Assembly (NCBI GenBank): GCA_002269645.1
Contig: NIVC01001971.1
Location: forward strand, 62,001-126,000
Origin: Macrostomum lignano
Taxonomy: Eukaryota
Direction of reading: 5' to 3'
Length of the DNA: 64,000 nt
Positions 50,608-62,569 of this stretch are shown here, piece by piece. A program made the position numbers and the translations under genes. Position 1 is the stretch's first letter. The number at the start of each line of letters is the position of its first letter. The notes below the pieces were generated by a model. That model was not told where the DNA came from and did not search any database. It saw only the letters and a list, made by a program, of their open reading frames with translations.

Positions 50608-51716
50608 ATGGTCCGCGAGATCCTGGTGAAGTCACTGGACGAATACCAGTCTAACCTGGCCTCGCTCACTACAGACGAGAAGGTGAGTCGCATCTTCACC
50701 CTGTTCATGGCTGCCACCGACCCCAACACGGGCGACAGCTGGTGCCCGGACTGCCGAGCAGCCGAGCCGCTCATCGAGGAGGCGCTGGGCCAGCTGGAAA
50801 ACCGAGACGATGTCGTGTTCTTCATCGTTGAGGTTGGAAACCGGCAGGCCTGGTCCGATGGGGACAATGTATTCAGGCACCTAGCTGACCAGTGCGTCAC
50901 TGGCCTGCCCACTCTGGTTGAGGTCAAGACGGTGAGTCACCATCTCCGACCTCTTTATACTGGATTCCATTCTCAAAGCCTCATCCACAAATCCCCATCC
51001 TCAAATCCCGTCTCTAAATCCCCATGCACAAATCCCCATCCTCAAATCCCCATTCTCGAATCCCCATTCACAAATCCCCATATTGAAATCCCCAATTCCC
51101 AAATCCCCATTCCCAAATCCCCATCTACAAATCCCCATCCTCAAATCCCCATTCTCGAATCCCCATTCACAAATACCCATACTAAAATCCCCATTCCCAA
51201 ACCCCCATTCCCAAATCCCCATCCACAAATCCCAATCCCCAAATCCTCATTCACAAATACCATACATAAGTCCCCGTCCCCAAATCCCATCCACAAATCC
51301 CAATTCACAAATCCCCATCCCCAAATCCCCTTCCTCAAATCCCCATCCACAAATCCCAATCCCCAAATCCCCATCCACAAATCCCTATTCACAAATCCCC
51401 ATCCCCAAATCCCCATTCCCAAATCCCCATCCACAAATCCCCTTCCTCAAATCCCCATCCACAAATCCCCATCCACAAATCCCAATCCCCAAATCCCCAT
51501 TCACAAATACCATGAACAAGTCCCCGTCCCCAAATCCCATCCACAAATCCCAATTCACAAATCCCCATCCCCAAATCCCCATCCACAAGTCCCCATCCAC
51601 AAATCCCCATCTCTAAACGCCACTTCCCACTTTTTGGGTCCTATTTGCAGCAAGCCCGCCTCAATCAAACGGAGTGCCAGGTGAAGGACAAGGTGATGCA
51701 ATTCTTTGCCTGCTGA
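50608..51716 (+). CDS. TXNDC17: Thioredoxin domain-containing protein 17 (TRP14), 129 aa
   Basis: Exons 50608-50931 and 51651-51716 (phase 0, GTGAGT / TTTGCAG). Motifs TGDSWCPDCRAAEP (WCPDC active site), VGNRQAWSD, LPTL, RLNQTEC. Confidence 0.92.
50990..51612. repeat. Intronic low-complexity array (AAATCCCCAT-based)
   Basis: Fills the TXNDC17 intron; source of the P-rich part of ORF 50437..51684. Confidence 0.9.
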
Positions 51717-52599
51717 GCTGATGGCGTCTTGAAATTGTTCTGCTTACAGGATACGATGCTTGATACAATAAATAGACGATTGTTTTTCTTGTCATCGGTC
51801 AAAGGTGTTTAGTCATCATTTTATGTCATTTTATGAAGCGAAAGGCAGTTAGAATATTATGCAGCAGAATCTGTATTTGCGAGTTAAACTGATTTTCACT
51901 GGTACTAATATTTACAGCACTTGAGTTAATATTATTAAATGTACTTTTACTGTCGAACTGCATGTCAGTGTCAACCTGGCTTTACTCTGGTTTGGTGCAC
52001 TTTCAGGGTTAATCTTGTCGTTAGATTATTGCGATTACGTAATAATGTGTTAGATTGGTCTAGTCATAGCTGTACTGCGCTAATTCATTCCTTGTGTGTA
52101 ATTCTCCTTTGTCTCTCTGGTGCCCAAGCCGTACGCTATCTAACGCTATACTACTTACACTTTTATTATTAAGTTAGTAGTCAGATGCGACTATTGTGAT
52201 GATTTTATAAACCCAACTGATCCTCTGTCATTTTTACACGGCAATTTTCTTTTGTCTCGCTGAAGTTTTAACCCCAGCCTGATGTGTTATTGATTTAAGT
52301 AATATTATTAACCTAATTATTATCCAATTGTTGCCAATATGAACATAGATTATGGATTTACCGTTCTGGTGGCTTGATTTTCTTACCGCACTATTTATAA
52401 TTTAATGTGTTTCATTTTTTTGTTAGAATTTGAATAACAATAATATTGAATTTTGATTTGTTCTTCCACATCGAGTCAAATATACATATTCATTTTCGTT
52501 ATATAATAACCTGAAGCTCTGCACTGACGAAATCTTTATATGAATTTCGTTTCTTTAGTTTCTTTCTTTCAAAAGTGTGTCTAAATACGCCACCGACAG

Positions 52600-53330
52600 C
52601 ATTTTTATGGCGCCATTGACAGGATCATTAAGACACCATTGACAGCACCTTCAAGACGCCGCCAACAGACAACACCTTTAAGACGCCACCAAAAGCACCT
52701 TAAAAACGCCATTGACAACATTTTTAAGACGCCATTGACAGCACTCTTAGGACGCCACCAACAGCACTCTTAAGACGCCACCAACAGCAATCTTAAGACG
52801 CCACCAACAGCAATCTTAAGACGCCGCCAACAGCAATCTTAAGACGCCACCAACAGCACTCTTAAGACGCCACCAACAGCACTCTTAAGACGCCGCCAAC
52901 AGCAATCTTAAGACGCCACCAACAGCACTCTTAAGACGCCACCAACAGCACTCTTAAGACGCCACCAACAGCACTCTTAAGACGCCACCAACAGCACTCT
53001 TAAGACGCCACCAACAGCACTCTTAAGACGCCGCCAACAGCGCTCTTAAGACGCCACTAACAGTACCCTTAAGATGCCACCAACAGCACCCTTGAGACGC
53101 CACCAAAAGCACCCTTGAGACGCCACCAACAGCACCCTTGAGACGCCACCAACAGCACTCTTAAGACGCCACCAACAGCACCCTTGAGACGCCACCAACA
53201 GCACCCTTGAGACGCCACCAACAGCAATCTTAAGATGCCACCAACAGCACCCTTGAGACGCCACCAACGGCACCCTTAAGACGCCACCAACAGCACCTTT
53301 AAGACGCCACTGACAACACTCAAGACTTTC
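52600..53330. repeat. Minisatellite, 23-bp unit (AAGACGCCACCAACAGCACTCTT)
   Basis: Visible array. Confidence 0.93.
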
Positions 53331-54139
53331 ATCAACGCCCATAAAGGCGGCACCAACAAACGAAGCCCTTAAAGTCGACAGCCAATCTCGTTTTAAACGA
53401 ATCTTCAAGCAGAGACTAATAAGTCGCTGGCATCGTAGCCCGAGGCTCATACCAACGCTGCTGCAGCATACTGAGTACACAGGCCCCAGCAACCACAGCT
53501 ATATTTCAGTCCGAGCTAAGTGGCGGTGCGTCTTATATAAAATTTATTACAATGGAATTATAATAAATTTGCAATTTGGATTGTATGCCGCGAGTACGCC
53601 TTTGCCATTAGCAAAAATAGATGAGATTGAAACTTCAAAGACTGTCGTATTGTATTGTTATTGCTGCTCGAGCTCGATCCATGCTTCTCAAGGGACCGAG
53701 CGAGAATATACAACTCGGTCATAAAACTGTCTCTTTATGCGCGCCGAGAGAAAGGAGCTGTTAAGAGGCTCTGGCCGCCGCCCTCACCCTCGTAACGGCT
53801 GGCTGTCCCAGGTGTGAAGAATGATATTATAAGACTACGTAATAATATGGATATGATAGATCGTAAATGCATTTTAAAGCAGGCCGCAACATGGATTGAG
53901 GCTTGAGTTCTGTGTGTTGCGCGATCTCTTCTCTGAAGCTTTGGTGGCGTTTTCGCAGGATTTTCAAACCGTTCACTCACTCTAAGAGGAGGTTTGATCA
54001 CTCTCGAGGGTTACTTTCACTCTCTCTAAAGGTAACTGTCACTCTCAAAGGTCACTTTCACGCCCTCCAAAGGTACTCTCTTTATTTTTTATTAGATGCA
54101 GGGGGTTGTGTGCACCCTGGCGCACTTTAAACGACATAG

Positions 54140-54441
54140 GCACAACCGGCGAGAGGCATTACTGCCCATTCCGCCGACTCCCCTGAGCAGGCATACAAGC
54201 GCGCGGACACGTACGCAGGCACACACTCACACAGGAGTGTACAGCGGCCCTAACTTTATATTATCGTTAGGCATGTACACTTCACTGCGCCTTGGGGGGT
54301 TGGCTCTCAAGGCCGTAAATTGCACGAGCAGAGCCAAGCCGAGATTCCAATTCAGCCCCAAATTAATGCGACTGCACTTGGAATCGAGCCTGGGTCGCTG
54401 GCACACCAGAGCAGCTGCGCTACCGCTGGGCTACGGCCCCC
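54140..54441 (-). mobile_element. tRNA-derived SINE (family also at 34869-35156)
   Basis: Minus-strand head GGGGCCGTAGCCCAGCGGTAGCG...GGCTCGATTCC; body aligns with the 34.9-kb copy. Confidence 0.8.
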
Positions 54442-55211
54442 TAAAGGTACTCTCACTCTCGAATGTTACTAATTCACTCCCTCTAAGGGTGCTGGGTACT
54501 GTCACTCTTGAAGGTTACTTTCACTCCCTCTAAGGGTACCACTGTTCATCAATGGGTACTGCTATTAGAGGGAGAGTGATAGTACGCTTTACTCTCCTAA
54601 TAGGGTTTCTGGCACTTCTAATAGGAGTTCTGTCACTCTTCTAAGTGTACCACATACACGAAGGTGTCTGTAATACTCCTCCATAAAAATGCACATCTAT
54701 AGAGACACCTCCGCATTTTGCGTCTTAATAATTCACCTTTTTTATATTCTTCCATCTATAGCCATTCTTCTCTATGTCTGATATATGACCAGCTGTCACA
54801 GAAAAACTGGACCTTCTCATTCTTCTTCCGAAATGCAAATAGCGGTATCTCTTTAATCTTATACTCTGACTCCGAGAGTGAATATTAATTCAAGACAAAT
54901 ACACTGTATGAGATATGGAAATATCAAAGCGGCCGCACTGAAGGGTAGGTACCCTGATAATTTTCATTGGTTGGTTTTCTATTAATATTTTGCGAGAACT
55001 ATAGTCTAGTGTGCTACAAAAATATGCTTTTTAACCATTATTGAGTACAGTACGCATGGACGCTGCAGTGGCTGCAATACAAAATGAGAAACTGCTTTAT
55101 TGTTATTAAGGGAGGGGTGGCAGCTTTGGTAAGGAGGAACAGGGACCTACTTACTCTAGACAGACTTGGCGTCTTGGAATCTCAGCTTGTCTTTTAGTTT
55201 CATGTAACTGG

Positions 55212-56586
55212 CAGGGGCGTCGCCATGGATTTTATTGTGGGGGGGGGGGTGGGGGACAAGGCCAAGAATTCTACATGCACATGACTAAATTCCTACATGT
55301 ACATTATTTTCAGAATCGGTGTTGTCAGTGCTCATTTTAGCACCGCATGCACTCATTTTGGCGCCGCATGCACTTATTTTAGCACCGCATGCACTTATTT
55401 TAGCGCCGCATGCACTTATTTTAGCACCGCATGCACTTATTTTAGCACCGCATGCACTTATTTTAGCACCGCATGCACTTATTTTAGCACCGCATGCACT
55501 TACGAGCTATTTTGGCGCCGCATGCACTCATTTTAGCGCCGCAGGCACTCATTTTGACGCCGCAGGCACTCATTTTAGCGCCGTAGGCACTCATTTAGAC
55601 GCCGCAGGCACTCATTTTAGCGCCGTAGGCACTCAATTTGGCGCCGCAGGCACTCATTTTAGCGCCGCAGGCACTCATTTTAGCGCCGCAGGCACTCATT
55701 TTGGCGCCGCAGGCACTCATTTTGGCGCCGCAGGCACTCATTTTAGCGCCGCAGGCTTTTATTTAGCGCCGCAGGCACTCATTTTAGCGCCGCAGGCACT
55801 CATTTTAGCGCCGTAGGCACTCAATTTGGCGCCGCAGGCACTCATTTAAACGCCGCAGGCACTCATTTTGGCGCCGCAGGCTTTTATTTAGCGCCGCAGG
55901 CACTCATTTTAGCGCCGCAGGCACTCACTTTAGCGCCGTAGGCACTCAATTTGGCGCCGCAGGCACTCATTTTAGCGCCGCAGGCACTCATTTTGGCGCC
56001 GCATGCACTCATTTTAGCGCCGCAGGCACTCATTTTAGCGCCGCAGGCACTCATTTTGGCGCCGCAGGCACTCATTTTAGCGCCGCAGGCACTCATTTTG
56101 GCGCCGCAGGCACTCATTTTAGCACCGCAGGCACTCATTTTGGCGCCGCAGGCACTCATTTTAGCGCCGCAGGCACTCATTTTAGCGCCGCAGGCTTTTA
56201 TTTAGCGCCGCAGGCACTCATTTTGGCGCCGCATGCACTTATTTTAGCACCGCATGCACTTACGAACTATTTTGGCGCCGCATGCACTCATATTAGCGCC
56301 GTAGGCACTCAATTTGGCGCCGCAGGCACTCATTTTAGCGCCGTAGGCACTCAATTTGGCGCCGCAGGCACTCATTTTAGCGCCGCAGGCACTCATTTTA
56401 GCGCCGCAGGCACTCATTTTGGCGCCGCAGGCACTCATTTTAGCGCCGCAGGCTTTTATTTAGCGCCGCAGGCACTCATTTTGGTGCCACAGGCTATTTT
56501 TGTCACTCTGCAGCAAAATTATTGATTTCCATAAAGGGTCACAAGGTGGGGTGGGGTGACATGTCCCCCTGTTCCCGACGCCCCTG
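55212..56586 (+). mobile_element. hAT-like non-autonomous element with an internal 21-bp minisatellite
   Basis: 11-bp TIR CAGGGGCGTCG / CGACGCCCCTG, 8-bp TSD GTAACTGG / ATAACTGG; about 55 copies of GCGCCGCAGGCACTCATTTTA at ~55325-56490. Confidence 0.85.
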
Positions 56587-56859
56587 ATAACTGGTCAAAC
56601 CTGTTTTTCATATGCATTTACTGCTGAATTTAAGCTTGGAATATGGCACTATTATCAATGTATTGTTGCAAATACGAGTGAGTCTAGTGACGGAGCTACA
56701 GGAGGTGCGAGGGAGAGATTGTACGGTCGTTGTTAATAGATCTGAGGTCTGAAAGTGGAGAAGAGAGGAGTGAGAGGAGAAACTGGGGAGAGAGTGGAGA
56801 CAAGAAAAAAAATGAAGCTTAAGAGATGAGAGAGGGGAGTGGAGAGAGGAAGTGAGAAA

Positions 56860-57390
56860 GGAGGGAGCGGAAAGAGGAGGGAGGAGGGAATTGAGAGAGG
56901 AGAAAGGAGAGAGGAGAGAGAGATCATTCCCTCATAAGAAATGAGGGAGGAGAGAGAGGAGGGAGGAGAGAGAAGATGAGAAATGAGGGAGGAGAGAGAG
57001 GAGGGAGGGGAGAGAGGAGATGAGAAAGGAGGGAGAGAGAGAGGAGGGAGGAGAGAGAAGATGAGAAAGGAGGGAGGAGAGAGAGGAGGGAGGAGAGAGA
57101 GGAGGGAGAGAGAGGAGGAGGAGAGAGAGGAGGAGGAGAGAGAGAGGAGAGAGAGGAGGGAGAGAGAGGAGGGAGAGAGAGAGGAGGGAGAGAGAGGAGG
57201 GAGGAGAGAGAGGAGGGAGGAGAGAGAGGAGAGAGAGAGGAGGAGAGAGAGAGGAAGATGAGAAAGGGGGAGGAGAGAGAGGAGGGAGGAGAGAGGAGAG
57301 AGGAGTGAGGAGAGAAGAGAGGAAGCAGGAAAGAGAAGAAAGGTGAGGAGGAGAGGAGATATGGTAGAGTGGAGAGAAGAGAGAAGAGTA
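56860..57390. repeat. GA-rich polypurine low-complexity tract
   Basis: Visible. Confidence 0.9.
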
Positions 57391-57930
57391 CTGAGATACT
57401 TAAAAAGAAAGAAATAAAGTTTAATTAAAAGAGTGAAAGATATAAAACTGATCAGGGCAACAGCTTCAGAACAAATGTGTTAATTGCAGCGAAATCTGAT
57501 TATTATTCTGTTCCCTGACCTAGAAAAGATTGAGGAATCCAGGGTACGGGAATTTCGTGATTCAACAGCAATGAAAGTTTGCCCGCTTATGCGATATCCG
57601 GCACGTACCCAGCAGGCGGGGCTGCACCTGCATAAGTCCTTAATTACTTTGTTGCAGTTCCGTATCGAACTGAAACTGGGACAAATTGTTTTGACTTGCC
57701 AACCCCACTGGCACGCTTTAAATTCAATTGATTCGTCCCTGACTCCCTGTCTTAATTATTATCCCATATTTTCTCCAACCAGCAGATTCCCCTATTATTG
57801 AACTCTTACCAAATCCCATAAAACTCAACTCTGCTCATTGCTTTGCAATAAATCATGGACTTCTGAGCGGAAAATCTGGACTGGACTAGCTGCTGCGTGA
57901 CCTAGGTTCTTTAACTTCTTTAGAACCTGT

Positions 57931-58770
57931 TCTAGGCTGTTCTAGGCTGTTCTAGGCTGTTCTAGGCTGTTCTAGGCTGTTCTAGGCTGTTCTAGGCTGT
58001 TCTAGGCTGTTCTAGGCTGTTCTAGGCTGTTCTAGGCTGTTCTAGGCTGTTCTAGGCTGTTCTAGGCTGTTCTAGGCTGTTCTAGGCTGTTCTAGGCTGT
58101 TCTAGGCTGTTCTAGGCTGTTCTAGGCTGTTCTAGGCTGTTCTAGGCTGTTCTAGGCTGTTCTAGGCTGTTCTAGGCTGTTCTAGGCTGTTCTAGGCTGT
58201 TCTAGGCTGTTCTAGGCTGTTCTAGGCTGTTCTAGGCTGTTCTAGGCTGTTCTAGGCTGTTCTAGGCTGTTCTAGGCTGTTCTAGGCTGTTCTAGGCTGT
58301 TCTAGGCTGTTCTAGGCTGTTCTAGGCTGTTCTAGGCTGTTCTAGGCTGTTCTTAGGCGCCACTCTAGGCGCCGTTTCTAGGCGCCGTTCTAGGCGCCAC
58401 TCTAGACGCTATTCTAGGCGCCATTCTAGGTGCTATTCTAGGCGCCGTTCTAGACGCTATTCTAGGCGCCATTCTAGGTGCTATTCTAGGCGCCGTTCTA
58501 GGTGCCGTTCTAGGCGCCATTCTAGACGCTATTCTAGGCGCCATTCTAGGTGTTATTCTAGGCGCCGTTCTAGGCGCCGTTCTAGGCGCCGTTCTAGGCG
58601 CCGTTCTAGGCGCCGTTCTAGGCGCCGTTCTAGGCGCCGTTCTAGGCGCCGTTCTAGGCGCCGTTCTAGGCGCCGTTCTAGGTGCTATTCTAGGCGCAGT
58701 TCTAGATGCCGTTCTAGGCGCCGTTCTATGTGCTCTTCTAGGCGCCGTTCTACACGTATTCTAGGCGCCG
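57931..58770. repeat. Compound satellite: 42 perfect copies of TCTAGGCTGT, then 12-bp TCTAGGCGCCGT-type units
   Basis: 10-mer at 57931-58350; 12-mer variants to ~58770. Confidence 0.97.
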
Positions 58771-59274
58771 CCTAAGCACCCACAATGACTTACCTGCTTT
58801 TTCCAGTTTCTTAGTATCCATGACCATTTACTATGTTTTGCGGTCCTTAAACTGAAATAAACGCAGAGTTGGCCAACTGACTTTTGGATTGAGACCACCC
58901 AGCCTAAGTCTCTGGCGTTTCTGTATCGAGCAGTGCCCCTCTAATTTACGAGTATATTTATGCCATATGCAATTTCTCAATGGCAGTTTTATTAGCATTC
59001 TGAATGTCCCTCATGTGTGCTAAACTGTAAATACCCCTGCAGTAACAGAGCGTTTGTTTAGCAGTAAATAATAATCCAATATTGACTATCAACATGAGGG
59101 CGCCCAGGCTTCAGTTGCTGACTATAGAAATCTCTGATAAAATGAGCAACAGGGTTACTATCGGCTCTGCGGACCGTGCTGGTCTACTTTTTAATTGGAG
59201 CACGTGTGAACCTGCTAGCGGATGGGAATCCATTATTCAGCTGGTTCCACTGTCAGATCTGTTTTTGGAATACT

Positions 59275-60600
59275 TAACTCTCAATCTCACTCTCACTCTC
59301 ACTCTCAGTTTCCCTTTCAATCTCACTCTCACCCTCACTCTCAGTTTCCCTCTCAATCTCACTCTCACTCTCTCTCAATCTCACTCTCACTCTCAGTTTC
59401 CCTTTCAATCTCACTCTCACTCTCACTCTCAGTTTCCCTTTCAATCTCATTCCCACTCTCACTCTCTCTCAATCTCACTCTCACTCTCACTCTCAGTTTC
59501 CCTCTTAATCTCACTCTCACTCTCACTCTCAGTTTCCCTCTCAATCTCACTCTCACTCTCACTCTTAGTTTCCCTCTCAATCTCACTATCACTCTCACTC
59601 TCAGTTTCCCTCTCAATCTCACTCTCACTCTCACTCTCAGTTTCCCTTTCAATCTCACTCCCACTCTCACTCTCTCTCAATCTCACTCTCACTCTCTATC
59701 CATCTCAATCTCACTCTCACTCTCAGTTTCCCTTTCAATCTCACTCCCACTCTCACTCTTAGTTTCCCTCTCAATCTCACTCTCACTCTCTCTCAATCTC
59801 ACTCTCACTCTCTCTCTCAGTTTCCCTCTCAATCTCACTCTCACTCTCACTCTCAGTTTCCCTCTCAATCTCACTCTCACTCACTCTCAGTTTCCCTCTC
59901 AATCTCACTCTCACTCTCACTCTCAGTTTCCCTCTCAATCTCACTCTCACTCTCACTCTCAGTTTCCCTCTCAATCTCACTCTCACTCACTCTCAGTTTC
60001 CCTCTCAATCTCACTCTCACTCTCACTCTTAGTTTCCCTCCCAATCTCACTATCACTCTCACTCTCAGTTTCCCTCTCAATCTCACTCTCACTCTCACTC
60101 TCAGTTTCCCTTTCAATCTCACTCCCACTCTCACTCTCTCTCAATCTCACTCTCACTCTCTATCCATCTCAATCTCACTCTCACTCTCAGTTTCCCTTTC
60201 AATCTCACTCCCACTCTCACTCTCTTTCAATCTCACTCTCACTCTCACTCTTAGTTTCCCTCTCAATCTCACTCTCACTCTCACTCTCTCTCAATCTCAC
60301 TCTCACTCTCTCTCTCCATCTCAATCTCACTCTCACTCTCAGTTTCCCTCTCAATCTCACTCTCACTCTCACTCTCAGTTTCCCTCTCAATCTCACTCTC
60401 ACTCACTCTCAGTTTCCCTCTCAATCTCACTCTCACTCTCACTCTCACTCTCTCTCACTCTCACTCTCACTTTAAATCTCACTCTCATTATCTCATTCTC
60501 ACTCACTCTCTCAATCTGAATCTCACTGCCACTGTCACTGTCACCCTCTCATTATCTCACTCTCACCTTCTCAATCCCACTCTGACCTCTAATCTCGCTC
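59275..60600. repeat. (ACTCTC)n-based low-complexity array with ~36-bp higher-order unit
   Basis: Visible; source of the S/L/T- and RV/ES-repeat ORFs. Confidence 0.93.
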
Positions 60601-61194
60601 ACTTGTGACATCTCTTCTCTCAAATATAAAATTGTATTTCTATTTTCGTTTCAATTTTCAGTTGCCTGGAGTGGTTCTCAATCTACTATTCCAATATAGT
60701 ATGCACTTAGAATATTTGATTATCACAAAAACATCATTAAAACATTGCGCCTTATTATCCTTTATAGTTTATACCATTTACCACTATTTTCTTTATAATC
60801 TGATATTTCCATTTAAACTATTCCCGCTGACGGCTAAGCGCGTGAGCAATGCTGTTACCATATTTATAGAGAAACAGGAGCCCTAATCTACCCAGGCAAT
60901 TGTTTATCTTAACCAGCGGGAGAACGCAACAGGTGCGATACATGCAAGCACAGTCTTGGCCATAGACTATAGCGTCAGAACAGCGGGTGAGGATCGACTC
61001 AACGCTGGCGGTGACATGGTGCCAGAGAAATGAAAACAATAATTGTCAATAGGCAAGGCGCCAGTACACCTTGATGTCACACTGCCAAACCATGCGGGTT
61101 TGAAGCGGATGAAAGAGAAAAGTCTGATGGGCTTCTAATTCTGCTTTTCAAAATAAGGTACGTCCGTCAGGTAAGAAATGTGATGTAAGCATTA

Positions 61195-61612
61195 AAAAAG
61201 TGCCAGAGAAACGCCAGAAAAACCCCAAAGAAGCGCCAGAGAAGAGCCACAAAAGCGCCAGAAATATCCCAGAGAAGCGCCAGAAAGACCCTGAAAAAAG
61301 CGCCAGAGAAGCGTCAAAGAAGCGCCAGAAAAACCCCAAAGAAGCCCCACAGAAGTGCCAGAAAAGCGCCAGAAATATCCCAGAGAAGCGCCAGAGAAGC
61401 GCCAGAGAAGCGCCAGAGAAGCGCCAGAGAAGCGCCAGAGAAGCGCCAGAGAAGCGCCAGAGAAGCGCCAGAGAAGCGCCAGAGAAGCGCCAGAGAAGCG
61501 CCATAGAAGCGCCAGAGAAGCGCCAGAGAAGCGCCAGAGAAGCGCCATAGAAGCGCCAGAGAAGCGCCAGAGAAGCGCCAGAGAAGCGCCATAGAAGCGC
61601 CAGAGAAGACGC
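61195..61612. repeat. Minisatellite, 11-bp unit (GAGAAGCGCCA)
   Basis: Visible array. Confidence 0.93.
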
Positions 61613-62569
61613 CTTGATGACGACAGGAAAGTGTCATAACTGCGTGGACTAGAGCCACTAAGATGATCTATGTTAATCGCATTCATTTAATGCGGCCCCA
61701 CCAGTAAGACGCGCCGCCCCAAAAACTTATTGACACCTTCAGCCACTTCAGAACTGACGGTCCCAAATCTCGGGGGCTGGCACTCTTTAGTCGCCACCCA
61801 TTCAGGCGTGAAAGGAACAAGTCGTATTAAAAATAAGACAGTATACTGTGGCAACACACACAGTTTCCTGCAGGCCCTATTTGAGCACAGAGCACAGACT
61901 CAAGCTCTGCAGCACTGGCTAAATCACACCCCTCCTTCACACTCTTCTTTCTGACGAGCCACTTATTCGCACAGGGGAAGAATTGGCGATAAATTAAAGA
62001 GAAAGAGAGAGCGAAGAGAGACTTGAAAATGGGGGGAGGTCCGAGCAGTTGACAAAACATTTCTAAACGATGAGTGAGCCGAGACCAGTTGCCACCCAGT
62101 GAGGTGAGGGGGGGAGACCCTTGAAAACTCATTGCAGCACCCGGCAGTCTCTATTGCCAGCGAATGAAAAGATTTCAAGAAAAAATAGATAGAAAAGTTG
62201 AGTGGAGGGGGTGGCTGCAGACACTCGCGGGCGCCAGGCTGTCTGGCGGAATTCCTGCAGGCTGCCATGAGCCAAGCTCTAGCCTAAGTTTTTTCTGTGT
62301 ATTAAGCTCAGCCCAAGCTGCCCCAGGCTTGCTCAGCATAACTCAGAATCGTAACTTTAGCTCAAGAATATTGAGTTCGATCTAATGAAGCTATTATTGA
62401 GTACAAGTATTTAGATTAGAGTTTATCTTCTGCTATTTGAAATTTTCGTAAAAATTGACAAGGGGTAAGTTTAACTGAAAAATTTAATTAATTTGTTTCT
62501 TTATTTAATTCACTTCACTGTACAGTGCAATTATATAGTTTACTGATATTGGCCACGTCTCAAGTCATC

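Noticed and set aside
50437-51684. 415-aa ORF with thioredoxin fold plus Pro-rich tail
   Set aside because: Chimera of upstream satellite, TXNDC17 exon 1 and intronic repeat; splicing 50931->51651 restores the normal TRP14 C-terminus.
59082-61686. Long S/L/T-, RV/ES- and APEKRQ-repeat ORFs
   Set aside because: All derive from simple-sequence arrays; no domain content or splice support.
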